A stretch of DNA of 64,000 nt from Salinivirgaceae bacterium (GTDB taxonomy: Bacteria; Bacteroidota; Bacteroidia; Bacteroidales; SZUA-534), in NCBI GenBank assembly GCA_016284875.1, contig JAEEPS010000009.1, positions 287-64,286 of the forward strand. Direction: 5' to 3'. A program made the position numbers and the translations under genes. Position 1 is the first letter of the stretch; every line of letters begins with the position of its first letter. Below the pieces are notes generated by a model, which worked only from the letters and a program-made list of their open reading frames with translations, was not told where the DNA came from and did not search any database. Shown here piece after piece: positions 7,583-17,362 of this stretch.

Positions 7583-9649
7583 CTATTTTGCCGCTTCTTC
7601 AGTCAGTACACGCTTGATTATCTTTGCACCTTCGCTGTAGTAGCCTCCATATTTCTTTATAATCTGTCCTTTCTTATTGATAAACGCACCTTGGGGGTAC
7701 CCTTGTGAGAATCCTAATTTCCTATACACCATAAAAAATGTATCGATGCTGAGCCGATAATTTGTGTTGCCATATTTCTCGCATTGCTTTTTGTACACTT
7801 CTTCTCTTGTGTCTCTGTCGTTACAAATGTTAACGAAGGCAATTTTGTCCATAGGCAGTTCTTTTTCAATCTGTTTCATTTCGTCGATAAGTTTGTGGCA
7901 AGGGGCGCAGGTTTCGCTCCAGAAGTTAAGGAGAAGCACCTTCCCTTCGAAATCCTTAATCAGTTCAACGAAAACAGAATCGATTAATGATTCATTTTCT
8001 GAGTGATTCCAATATGAAGCGGTATCGTTTAGGCTGTACATTCCGTTGTTGATGTTTTCGGCGAATTGAGCAATCGCAGGGTCCGACATTGTGCGCAACA
8101 GGGCAATAATGGTGTCGCTAACGTGCTCATACTCATTACACCAATGGTCTTGTTTGATTAAACGACTTACATGTTGCATCTCGGCAAAAATCGGGTTGGT
8201 GATACCGAATTTCTCTTTAGCAATTTCCTGCGTCTTTTTCTCTCTTGTTGTCAGGCGCAACTCAACTGCCAGCGGCTCACCTTCCTTGCTCACCACTTCA
8301 TATTTTGGCTCAATATCTGAGTTACTGAGACCAACGGCCAAATTGCGGGCTACGTTGAGTAAGCAAAATGTGGAACTGTGATTGTAAAGGTCGTTGTTGT
8401 TATTGATTGCCAGTTCTTTTAGTGCGTTGTAATAATTGTCGTCGGCCTTGAATGGGTTACCGTTCGAATCCTTGCTGCCAATGTAATGATAGTAGTAATA
8501 CAGAAGTTGAATGGCGTTTTGGCGCAGCATAACATCGTACATCTCTCTGATTCTGCGGTTGATGGTTCGGTTGTTGACTTCCGACTGGCGCATTCCCACC
8601 GAGTTCACTTCGTTTTGCTTTTCGCGATACATATCCATTACAAAATCGGTGTACTGACTGAGATTCATACCACGCATCTTGTTCTGATACACGCGTTTAT
8701 CCAACCCAAACGTATTGAAATCACCGATTATCCAGAAGTCGTAATTGTTGATTTCGGCATCGGCACCGCTGAAGTACGAAGCCTTCCTAAATGCGGTTTC
8801 TCCATTTGTGGGATAGTTGTCGATTGCCGCTTTCAAATCGACGGCCATATCAACCGTGTCGTTGCAGACAATGTGGATATTGCCGCAACTGACATCCCCG
8901 ATATTTATATTCGCGTATTGGTGTTTTTGGGTGACTGGAATTTTGAGCAGGAACGTGCCATCGTTGTTAATTGGCGCATATCGTTGTTGAGCGCTTTGCA
9001 TAGCACCTCTTGAGAGACAATAAACGTAGTTTGCCCCTTTGTCAAACACTTGCGGGTGGTAACCGTAGATTTTTCCCCTGACGTATGCGAAGCCGTTCAT
9101 CAGGCACTGGTTGTCGAGTCCTGAGGCGTCGTTGCTGACTGTTCGGGCTTGACTAACAATGCTGTCTGGCACTTCGGTTTCTGCCTTTATTTTTGCCGCC
9201 ACTTCATCGTTGAGCGCAATGTCCCAGATTTTGAAGCATCGATAATCTTCGCCTTCAATAAAATCGATGGTCTGCACGGTGCTGTCAACATCGTTGAAGT
9301 TGAGAATGAAACTGGTTGATTTTTCGCCTTTCCGCGGCGAGATATAATCTTTGGCATAGAGGTCGATGCTGTCTGCCGACAAGATTTTCATCTGCTGTCC
9401 GTTGGCTAAAATGTACGAATCGGGTGAGATTTTGAACGATCCTGTAAATGACATATAAAGCCTTGTCAGCGTGTCTGTTATCTCAATTTTGTCGATTTTA
9501 AGCCTTGGAGTTGCGCCAGATTTCGCGCCAAATACAGGGTTTTCAATCACGCGGTTGTGCGGTGGGTAGGAGGGTTCATCGTTTTTTGTGGTATTGTTTG
9601 TGCAGGCGCAGAGCGCGGCAATGACAATGATGGGAATAATGTGTTTCAT
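7583..9649 (-). CDS. Large lipoprotein with C-terminal TlpA/thioredoxin-like domain
   Basis: Start MKHIIP...ALCAC lipobox; C-terminal GKVLLLNFWSETCAPC (CxxC) and GYPQGAFINKKG; TATATTTG box at 9688-9695. Confidence 0.8.
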   Translation of the reverse strand: MKHIIPIIVIAALCACTNNTTKNDEPSYPPHNRVIENPVFGAKSGATPRLKIDKIEITDTLTRLYMSFTGSFKISPDSYILANGQQMKILSADSIDLYAKDYISPRKGEKSTSFILNFNDVDSTVQTIDFIEGEDYRCFKIWDIALNDEVAAKIKAETEVPDSIVSQARTVSNDASGLDNQCLMNGFAYVRGKIYGYHPQVFDKGANYVYCLSRGAMQSAQQRYAPINNDGTFLLKIPVTQKHQYANINIGDVSCGNIHIVCNDTVDMAVDLKAAIDNYPTNGETAFRKASYFSGADAEINNYDFWIIGDFNTFGLDKRVYQNKMRGMNLSQYTDFVMDMYREKQNEVNSVGMRQSEVNNRTINRRIREMYDVMLRQNAIQLLYYYYHYIGSKDSNGNPFKADDNYYNALKELAINNNNDLYNHSSTFCLLNVARNLAVGLSNSDIEPKYEVVSKEGEPLAVELRLTTREKKTQEIAKEKFGITNPIFAEMQHVSRLIKQDHWCNEYEHVSDTIIALLRTMSDPAIAQFAENINNGMYSLNDTASYWNHSENESLIDSVFVELIKDFEGKVLLLNFWSETCAPCHKLIDEMKQIEKELPMDKIAFVNICNDRDTREEVYKKQCEKYGNTNYRLSIDTFFMVYRKLGFSQGYPQGAFINKKGQIIKKYGGYYSEGAKIIKRVLTEEAAK

Positions 9650-9744
9650 AATGTTAAGATTATAAGTTGTTTGCAACAATTGCTTCCCAAATATACCGAT
9701 ATGTTTTGAAATCACCAAAAGGCTAATTTCAAATCTTCAATCCT

Positions 9745-11865
9745 TTACTTCAGAAAATCATCGAAATACTGCAGAATCCGCTTGAAAAGGTGGACGCGGT
9801 TGTGGCCGATAACGTTGTGTTCGTGCTGCGGATAGATGGCGTAATCAACCAGCACATCCGCATCGACGGCGTTCTGTAGTAGCCGCAGACTGTTCTGCCA
9901 TACAACCACGGGGTCAATGTCGCCGTGAATCACCAGCAGCCGCCCGCGCAGGTTGCCGATGCTGTCGGCCACGCAGTTGCGCGCGTAGCCGTCGGGGTTC
10001 TCCTGCGGTGTGTCCATATAGCGCTCGCCGTACATCACCTCGTAAAGGCTCCAGTCGCACACCGGGCCGCCTGCCACGCCTGCCTTGAACACGTCGTTGT
10101 GGGTGGTCATCATCGATATGGTCATAAATCCACCGAAACTCCAACCGTGAATTCCGATGCGCGCGGTATCGACGTATGGCAAACTGCGTAAGTAATTGAT
10201 ACCCACCATTTGGTCCTCCATTTCGCAAGTGCCAAGTTGGCGGTGGATGCAGTGCTCGTACTCAACGCCACGGCTTTCGGTGCCGCGGTTGTCCATTGTG
10301 AAGACAATGTAGCCCTGCTGCGCGAAGTACAATTTCCACGTCGATGCGCCGTAGAGCCAACTGGCGTCAACGAGTTGCGAGTGCGGGCCGCCGTACATAT
10401 AATCGATTACAGGATAGGTCTTTGTGGAGTCGAAATCGGCCGGCAAGATGAGCCTTCCGCAGAGGTCGAACCGCCCGTCTGCACTCTTCAGATAGACGGT
10501 TTTGATTATCGGCAGCGTGTAGCCCTCGTAGGTGTTGCGGACGTTTTTCAAGGTGTCGATGACCTTGCCGTCGGCAGCGTTGCGCAGAGTGCTCAAAATG
10601 GCGTAGTCGGGTGCCGAAAAATCGTCGACAAAACGGCCGCACGCCTTGCTGAACCGTGCCGTGTGGACGCCGTAGCCGCTGCTCAAACGCGTCATTTTTC
10701 CATTCAGGTTCACCTTGTAGATGTCGCGCGTCAGGTAGCCCTGCTCGTTGGCCTGGAAAAATATTTCTCCGCTTTCGCGATTGCAGCCGTAGAGGGCGGT
10801 CACGCACCAGTTGCCGCGAGTCAGTTGTTGGGTTTTCAATGTCTTGATGTCGAAAAGATAGAGGTGCTTGAAACCGTCGCGTTCGCTCACCCACACAAAC
10901 TGATTGTTGCTCACAAACAGTGGCGCAATACACGGCTCAACCCATTCGGGGCTGGTCTCCTCAAAAAGCGTCTTGACAAGCGAGCCGTCAGCGGCGCTGT
11001 ACTGATTGAGCCATAGGTGGTTCTGCTCGCGGTTGATTTCGGCAACAAACAAGAATTGGTCGTCGGGCGACCACGCAATGTTGGTGAAATAGCGGTTCAC
11101 GGGCGATGCCGTTTTCAGATAGACAGTATCTTGATTATCAACGTTGTAAATACCGATTCTCACCTCGTGGCTCGTCTCGCCGGCCATTGGGTAGCGGATA
11201 GGTTTGACGGCGGCCTCGCGTGCTGTTATGTCCACAATCGGATACTCGCCAACCATACTCTCGTCCATACGATAGAAAGCTAATAACCGTCCGCTTTCCG
11301 ACCAGAACGTGCCTTTTTCAATGCCAAACTCGTCACGGTGCACCGATTGTCCAAAAACGATGCCGTCCGTTGTCTGCTCGTTAACTTTGTGATTACCAGA
11401 GGCCCCGTCTACGAATAAGTCGGGTTTCACGCTTACGGCCGCATGGCGGAAATCGGGCGCAAGGTCAATATCGCCTTCGTCACTGATTTGTGTTATCGAG
11501 TCGGTTATTGTGTTGTTTTTCAGGTTGATACCATAAGCGGCTGCGGCTTTTGCCGAATATACCCAGACACTTTCGGAGTTTTGCCAGTCAAGCACATAAC
11601 TCATTGGCTGTTTCTTGTTGTTAGTCAGGATTTTATTAACTTTCTGTCGTGGTATAACGTCATTGCCGATGTGGAATCCTTCATTGTCGTTAAAAACAAA
11701 AACATCGCTGTTGCTCACGAATTGTCCTCGAACGGGGTAGTTGTAGTGTTCGTAAAATTCAGTTCCGCCCGGAACGGTATTTTTCAGAGTAAGAGGCTTT
11801 TGCGCCCATGCTGTTGCCGCCGTCAGCAACAATGCGGCTATGCTTGCGGTTTTAATTTTGCTCAT
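9745..11865 (-). CDS. S9B peptidase (DPP-IV / prolyl tripeptidyl peptidase family)
   Basis: Signal peptide, DPP-IV N-terminal propeller (WSESG, YPMAG), YGGPHSQ, catalytic GWSFGG, YGERYMDTP, HGDID and HEHNV; TACATTTG box at 11882-11889. Confidence 0.92.
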   Translation of the reverse strand: MSKIKTASIAALLLTAATAWAQKPLTLKNTVPGGTEFYEHYNYPVRGQFVSNSDVFVFNDNEGFHIGNDVIPRQKVNKILTNNKKQPMSYVLDWQNSESVWVYSAKAAAAYGINLKNNTITDSITQISDEGDIDLAPDFRHAAVSVKPDLFVDGASGNHKVNEQTTDGIVFGQSVHRDEFGIEKGTFWSESGRLLAFYRMDESMVGEYPIVDITAREAAVKPIRYPMAGETSHEVRIGIYNVDNQDTVYLKTASPVNRYFTNIAWSPDDQFLFVAEINREQNHLWLNQYSAADGSLVKTLFEETSPEWVEPCIAPLFVSNNQFVWVSERDGFKHLYLFDIKTLKTQQLTRGNWCVTALYGCNRESGEIFFQANEQGYLTRDIYKVNLNGKMTRLSSGYGVHTARFSKACGRFVDDFSAPDYAILSTLRNAADGKVIDTLKNVRNTYEGYTLPIIKTVYLKSADGRFDLCGRLILPADFDSTKTYPVIDYMYGGPHSQLVDASWLYGASTWKLYFAQQGYIVFTMDNRGTESRGVEYEHCIHRQLGTCEMEDQMVGINYLRSLPYVDTARIGIHGWSFGGFMTISMMTTHNDVFKAGVAGGPVCDWSLYEVMYGERYMDTPQENPDGYARNCVADSIGNLRGRLLVIHGDIDPVVVWQNSLRLLQNAVDADVLVDYAIYPQHEHNVIGHNRVHLFKRILQYFDDFLK

Positions 11866-12069
11866 TGCAGTCAGTTTTCGGCAAATGTAAGTTGAATTTT
11901 GTTGAATTGGAAAATGAGCGGTGCTACAGCGTATGCTGTTATTTAATTCTTTAAATGTTTGTGAATCAATGATGTTTGCTTGGCGTGTGTATTAAAAATT
12001 AATATTCTTTGCATAAGAATGCGTTTTGTATTGAAAAAATGCCGAAATTGAGTAGATTAATTTTACAAA

Positions 12070-14295
12070 ATGTTGTCTGTCCTAAAGTCGGCTAAAATCT
12101 TGGTAATGTTGGCATTCCTATCATTGCCGGTTTCGCTTTTTGCCCAAAATCCTGACAGTTTGCTTCAAGTGGCGCGCGGATTGCCCGATGGTACTGACAA
12201 ACTTAGTTTGATTAATCAGGTATGTCGTGTGCACGTCAACGTAGATACTGTTGAGAAATATGCACAATATCAAAAGCAACTCGCGCATAAACTTCAACTT
12301 ATTGATTATGAGGCGTTGGCCTACGATCATCTAAGTTGGGCAAGCCACTGCAAACTTGATTTTGTTGAGGCCATGAACCACCGAATGGCGGCTATTCAGA
12401 TTTGGGATTCGTTGGGGCGGGAGCGTGATTTGGCGTTTTCTTATATGAACTATGCCACAACTCTCATGTCTATAAAGAGTTATATTCTTGCCGATGAATA
12501 TTACCAAAAGAGTTATGAACTTTTTTCTCGTCTTTCCGATTCGGCTTTGATGGGGCGTGTCTATCAGTATATGGGCATTCTGAACATCGGAAACATGGCT
12601 TACGACAATGCATCCGAGTATTATAGGCGTGCTCTCGAAATTGATGAGAAAATAGGAAATCGTCGAGGTGTGGCTTACGATTATTCGGGGTTGGGGCATG
12701 TGGCATTGGAACAATTCCATCATCACCATAACGATACTAATATCAATATTTTGCGAGAATCGAAATGGCTGATGATTCAATCGTTTCGGTTGGCCGATAG
12801 TATCAATGACATTAGCGGACAGCTTTATTCGCTGCCCAAACTGAGCGAGATTTACAATTGCGAGTCAAAACTCGATGTCAGAAACAGCAGCCGATTGCTC
12901 GATTCAAGCCTTTATTACTATCAGTTAGGCATTAAGATCAGCGAAGACTATGGCTACGATTTTGCCTACATAGATTTACAAATCGGATATATCAACTATC
13001 TGATGATCAAAAAGAAGTATGCGAAAGCGGGCGATGTGATAAAGCAAACAATTGACAAAATAACGTCTGTACCGGATGGGGAATCGAACTTGCCGATGCT
13101 TTATCAGGTGTTGATTGACTATAATAAGGCAATTGGCAACTATGCAGAAGCCTTTAAATATGCTGACTATAAATACAATGATTTGTTAACTGAGAATTCC
13201 AAAAACAATCAGTATAAACTTACTCAGACAAAGTTCGTTACGGAATATGCGGCAAAAATCAAGAAGCGAGAGATGGCCGAGCGCGAGCGTGAACTGACGC
13301 ACCAAATCAAGGAGGCATCGCAGAGGCGAATAATAGTGACTTTTATAGTGGCATTTATGCTTGTGTCAGTGATGGCCATGCTGTTTCTTGGCAGCACAAT
13401 CAAACGTAAACGAATGAATGCGGTTCTCGACGCTAAGAATCAGCAACTTGCGACTGCACAACAAAACCTGCTTAAGCAGAACATCATGATTAACCAGGTG
13501 AATCGGAAAATAACATCAAGTATACGCTATGCACGTCATATTCAAGATGTTGCGATGCCTTCTTCTGATGTGATGAACTCAATTTTCAGCGACAGTATGG
13601 TTATTTTCCGCCCACGCGATATTGTGAGCGGCGATTTTTATTGGGCCACACAGATTGGCCGTTATAAGGCTCTGGCAGTGGCAGATTGCACTGGTCATGG
13701 TGTCCCGGGTGCGCTGCTCAGCATTTTAGGAATTTCAATGCTCAACGACCTTGTGGCAATGACCAACATGCATTCTCCCGAAATAACGGCAGCCAAACTG
13801 CTCAACGAGATGCGGACAAAAGTGCGCCGATCGCTGCGTCAGAAGTCTGATGATTATACCAATCAAGATGGTATGGATATAGCCATCTGCATCTACGATA
13901 CGCAACTTTCATGTCTGCAGTATGCAGGTGCATTCCGTCCGTTGTTGTTGTTGCGCAAGGGTGAACTTATTCAGTATGAGGCTGATAGGATGCCGATTGG
14001 AGCGTATTTGCAACTTAACAAACCTTTCACCAATAATATAATCGACATTGAGCCTGGCGACACAATATATTTATATACCGATGGAATAACCGATCAGTTC
14101 GACGCAAGCGAAAATCCAACAAAATTCAATGCTCCGCGTCTGCGCAATATGATTTTAGCAAATCAACATCAGCCATTAAGTCAGCAGAGAATAATTTTTG
14201 AGCGCACTTTCGATGAATGGCGCACTTCAAAAGAAACAGGGGAGATGGTTCATCAGACTGACGATATGCTGTTTGTAGGGGTGCGGTTTAGTTGA
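12070..14295 (+). CDS. TPR-sensor / TM / SpoIIE (PP2C, RsbU-like) phosphatase
   Basis: Signal peptide, TPR-like repeats, one TM, then SIRYARHIQ, PRDIVSGDFYW, ADCTGHGVPGA, DGMD, YTDGITDQF, QTDD. Confidence 0.9.
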   Translation: MLSVLKSAKILVMLAFLSLPVSLFAQNPDSLLQVARGLPDGTDKLSLINQVCRVHVNVDTVEKYAQYQKQLAHKLQLIDYEALAYDHLSWASHCKLDFVEAMNHRMAAIQIWDSLGRERDLAFSYMNYATTLMSIKSYILADEYYQKSYELFSRLSDSALMGRVYQYMGILNIGNMAYDNASEYYRRALEIDEKIGNRRGVAYDYSGLGHVALEQFHHHHNDTNINILRESKWLMIQSFRLADSINDISGQLYSLPKLSEIYNCESKLDVRNSSRLLDSSLYYYQLGIKISEDYGYDFAYIDLQIGYINYLMIKKKYAKAGDVIKQTIDKITSVPDGESNLPMLYQVLIDYNKAIGNYAEAFKYADYKYNDLLTENSKNNQYKLTQTKFVTEYAAKIKKREMAERERELTHQIKEASQRRIIVTFIVAFMLVSVMAMLFLGSTIKRKRMNAVLDAKNQQLATAQQNLLKQNIMINQVNRKITSSIRYARHIQDVAMPSSDVMNSIFSDSMVIFRPRDIVSGDFYWATQIGRYKALAVADCTGHGVPGALLSILGISMLNDLVAMTNMHSPEITAAKLLNEMRTKVRRSLRQKSDDYTNQDGMDIAICIYDTQLSCLQYAGAFRPLLLLRKGELIQYEADRMPIGAYLQLNKPFTNNIIDIEPGDTIYLYTDGITDQFDASENPTKFNAPRLRNMILANQHQPLSQQRIIFERTFDEWRTSKETGEMVHQTDDMLFVGVRFS

Positions 14296-14307
14296 TGTGT
14301 AGGTAGG

Positions 14308-16275
14308 TTACCTCAATCCTTTCTTAAAATTGAATGTCGTTGTTCCCGGGATGCCTTCTGATTGGGCAAGCAGTTTCAGCAAGTGGGAAAGACGGTTGTT
14401 GTCGGCAGATTCGAAACTTAAATCGATTAGGAAACGATTGAAATTTTTACCGCGTAATTTATTGGCATACTGCGTGATGCAGACAGGTTGTTCGGGTGTT
14501 ATCACAGTCAGACCGTTCACGCGATGGCGCAGGTAGCGATTTTTGCGCTCGTCGGTGAACTGATTTTTAGGCAGTTTCACTGGTTGCCTTGAAGTGAACA
14601 ATCGCGGACGGAAATAAACCGGAACCACAATGTTGCGGCACGCGCCAGTGAGCAGATTCTCGTATTCGTTTTCGATAGGACTGATGATCCATTCCGCACC
14701 TTGCTGCATGAGCCACGCGGCAGCAGCGTCGTTGTAGGCATAAACCAATTCGTTGGTGGCGAACCGGCTTTGTGGTGGCAGCATTTCTGTTTGCGACAAG
14801 TGGCTTAAAACGAATCTGTTAAAGCCTTTTTTTGCAAAATCGGCGCAAAATTGGCGCACCAGTTCTATTTTCTTTTCGCTCACAAACGGCGGCAGTTCAA
14901 TCCATAATTTTTGCAGCAACCGCTTGTCTGAAATGTTGATATTCAGTAAGTTTTGCCAATCAAGCGTTGGAAGCGAAACAACCACAATGTCTGCTTTTTG
15001 TAGCGACGTGCAGTGCAGCCAGTCAAGGTTGTCGATGCGCACGATTGTTGCGGGTTTTGCATTGACGCTCAACTGCTTGCGTAACTTCTGGATTATTTCT
15101 TTTTTCAGTGCTTGTGGCATTCTCGGCGCGCGGAATGCTGTTGCAGACAACTCATTACCAAACTTTTGGCTGCGGTAGGCTGTCAGATATATGTCGGTAC
15201 CAGGTGTGGCTGTTCCGCGGAAACCTTTGGCGGTACATTGCCCGTCGGCAACACGGAAATTGTCGAGCACAAAGGCGTTCTGGTCGGTGTCGGAATCGGT
15301 GCGCACACGCAGACGGTTGCCTTTGGCCAACTCAATGTTGGTGGAGAAGATGATTGTACCATCATGACAATCAACGACTTTGCCAATCAAAAGGCCTGTA
15401 TTCGGATTGTCGGCAATTGATTCGGCGATGCTGCGGCCCATGAACCACTGGGTTTTGGGGCGGCTTAAGTCATCAACTGAATCGATAATTTGTTCATTGT
15501 CAATTGCTTTACGGTAGGCTTGCGCTACAGTATAAACATACTCGCCCGATTTCAGCCGTCCTTCAACTTTCAGCGATGTTATGTCCATTTTTGCAAGGTC
15601 TTTAATCTTGTCAATCAGTTGGTTATCCTTCATACTGAAGAACGTACGCTTTTGCCCGTTGCAGTTGTAAAAACGCCGGCAGGGTTGCGTGCAGAGTCCG
15701 CGGTTGGCACCAGCGCCGCCAAGGAAACTGCTGAATTGGCAAAGTCCTGATATAGAGTAGCATAGAGCGCCGTGCACAAACACTTCGGTTTCAATTTTGG
15801 TGCGTTGCTGAATCATTTTCAACTCGTTGAAAGTGAGTTCGCGAGCAAGCACAACGCGTTTAAACCCAATGCGTTGACAATGGTTGGCCCCAACTGAGTT
15901 GTGATTGGCCATCTGCGTGCTTGCGTGTGCCACAAGTTTCGGAAAATATCGCCGCATCAGGCTGAAAACGCCCCAATCTTGAATTATGACGCCAGCGATG
16001 GATAGGGTTGAAAGAAATTGCAATGTGTCGAGCACATCGGCCAACTCGTTGTTTTTCACTACGATATTCAGCGTGATGTACACTTTTATGTGGTATTGGG
16101 TAGCCAATTTGCAGATGGCCGCAAGTTGTGCTTCACTGAAATTTGCGGCACGTCCGCGAGCGTTGAAACCTTTGAGCCCCAAATAGATGGCATCGGCACC
16201 GCCTTCAATTGCAGCATAAAGGCTCTCGATGTTGCCAACGGGCAGCAGAAGTTCGGGTTTGGTGGCAGGCATCAC
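14308..16275 (-). CDS. Peptidase U32 family protein (RlhA-like RNA hydroxylation factor)
   Basis: PELLLPVG, GADAIYLG, HASTQM, RVVLARE, FVHGALCYSISGLC...NRGLCTQPCR Fe-S cysteines, SLKVEGRLK; long C-terminal extension. Confidence 0.88.
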   Translation of the reverse strand: MMPATKPELLLPVGNIESLYAAIEGGADAIYLGLKGFNARGRAANFSEAQLAAICKLATQYHIKVYITLNIVVKNNELADVLDTLQFLSTLSIAGVIIQDWGVFSLMRRYFPKLVAHASTQMANHNSVGANHCQRIGFKRVVLARELTFNELKMIQQRTKIETEVFVHGALCYSISGLCQFSSFLGGAGANRGLCTQPCRRFYNCNGQKRTFFSMKDNQLIDKIKDLAKMDITSLKVEGRLKSGEYVYTVAQAYRKAIDNEQIIDSVDDLSRPKTQWFMGRSIAESIADNPNTGLLIGKVVDCHDGTIIFSTNIELAKGNRLRVRTDSDTDQNAFVLDNFRVADGQCTAKGFRGTATPGTDIYLTAYRSQKFGNELSATAFRAPRMPQALKKEIIQKLRKQLSVNAKPATIVRIDNLDWLHCTSLQKADIVVVSLPTLDWQNLLNINISDKRLLQKLWIELPPFVSEKKIELVRQFCADFAKKGFNRFVLSHLSQTEMLPPQSRFATNELVYAYNDAAAAWLMQQGAEWIISPIENEYENLLTGACRNIVVPVYFRPRLFTSRQPVKLPKNQFTDERKNRYLRHRVNGLTVITPEQPVCITQYANKLRGKNFNRFLIDLSFESADNNRLSHLLKLLAQSEGIPGTTTFNFKKGLR

Positions 16276-17357
16276 TCGTTTCTTGCGTTTGTGTATGTCC
16301 GCCAGCGGTCAATCAGGGTGGCGAAGTTTTCGGGCAGTTCAGAATTGAACATCATCCGCTCGCCAGTTACCGGGTGGTCGAAGCCTAACTCCTTGGCGTG
16401 CAGCGCCTGACCTGGTAGCAGTGAGAAGCAATTCTCAATGAATTGGCTGTATTTGCTAAATGTGGTGCCACACCTAATCTCGCAGCCGCCGTATTCGGGG
16501 TCGTTGAAGAGCGGATGTCCGATGAATTTCATGTGTATACGTATTTGGTGGGTACGCCCGGTTTCAAGTCGGCATTCGGCCAAAGTAGCGTAGCCAAAAC
16601 GTTCTAGTACGCGGTAATGTGTTACAGCGTGTTTCCCGATTCCGCTTCCTTCAGGAAAAACATCCATTATCTGACGATTGCGCAGGTTGCGGGCAATTTT
16701 GCCGATAATAATTCCTTCATCATCGCGCAGGTCGCCCCACACCAATGCAACATAGCGTCGGTGCGATGTATGGTAGAAAAATTGTCGGGCAATGTGTTCC
16801 TTGGCTTGTTCAGTCTTAGCCACAACCAGCAGTCCTGATGTGTTTTTGTCGATTCGGTGGACAAGTCCCGGACGCGCATCGTTGCCGTTGAAAATTGGCA
16901 ACTCGCTGTAGCGGTAAGCCAGAGCATTGATGAGCGTGCCGGTGTAATGTCCGTAACTCGGGTGCACAACCATTCCCGCAGGCTTATTCACAACAACAAG
17001 GCTATCATCTTCATACACAATGTCGAGCGGGATGTTTTCCGGCACAATTTGAATCTCTCGTGGCGGATAGGTTAGCATCACGCGAATTACATCGCCAGGC
17101 TTGACTCGGTAGTTCGATTTTACCGGTGCGTTGTTTGCAATAATGTATCCGGCATCAGCCGCCGCTTGGATTTTTGAGCGCGACGCATTTTCTATTTTCG
17201 ATTGCAGAAACTTGTCGATGCGCAATAATCCTTGACCTTTATCAACATCAAACCGAAAATGCTCGTATAACCCATTGTTGTTGTCTTCCAGGAATTCGTT
17301 AGGGTTATCTGACTGTTCGGATTCGTCAAAAAAATCGTCAAAATTCTCGTCAATCAT
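16272..17357 (-). CDS. rluD: RluA/RluD family 23S rRNA pseudouridine synthase with S4 domain
   Basis: RIDKFL S4 domain, VNKPAGMVVHP, HRIDKNTSGLL, LETGRTHQIR, LHAKELGF. Start at ATG 17357 (MIDENF) avoids overlap with the upstream gene. Confidence 0.93.
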   Translation of the reverse strand: MIDENFDDFFDESEQSDNPNEFLEDNNNGLYEHFRFDVDKGQGLLRIDKFLQSKIENASRSKIQAAADAGYIIANNAPVKSNYRVKPGDVIRVMLTYPPREIQIVPENIPLDIVYEDDSLVVVNKPAGMVVHPSYGHYTGTLINALAYRYSELPIFNGNDARPGLVHRIDKNTSGLLVVAKTEQAKEHIARQFFYHTSHRRYVALVWGDLRDDEGIIIGKIARNLRNRQIMDVFPEGSGIGKHAVTHYRVLERFGYATLAECRLETGRTHQIRIHMKFIGHPLFNDPEYGGCEIRCGTTFSKYSQFIENCFSLLPGQALHAKELGFDHPVTGERMMFNSELPENFATLIDRWRTYTNARNE

Positions 17358-17362
17358 TTCTG

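Noticed and set aside
12718-12729. His4 run in the TPR region of the SpoIIE protein
   Set aside because: Too short to support a metal-binding claim.
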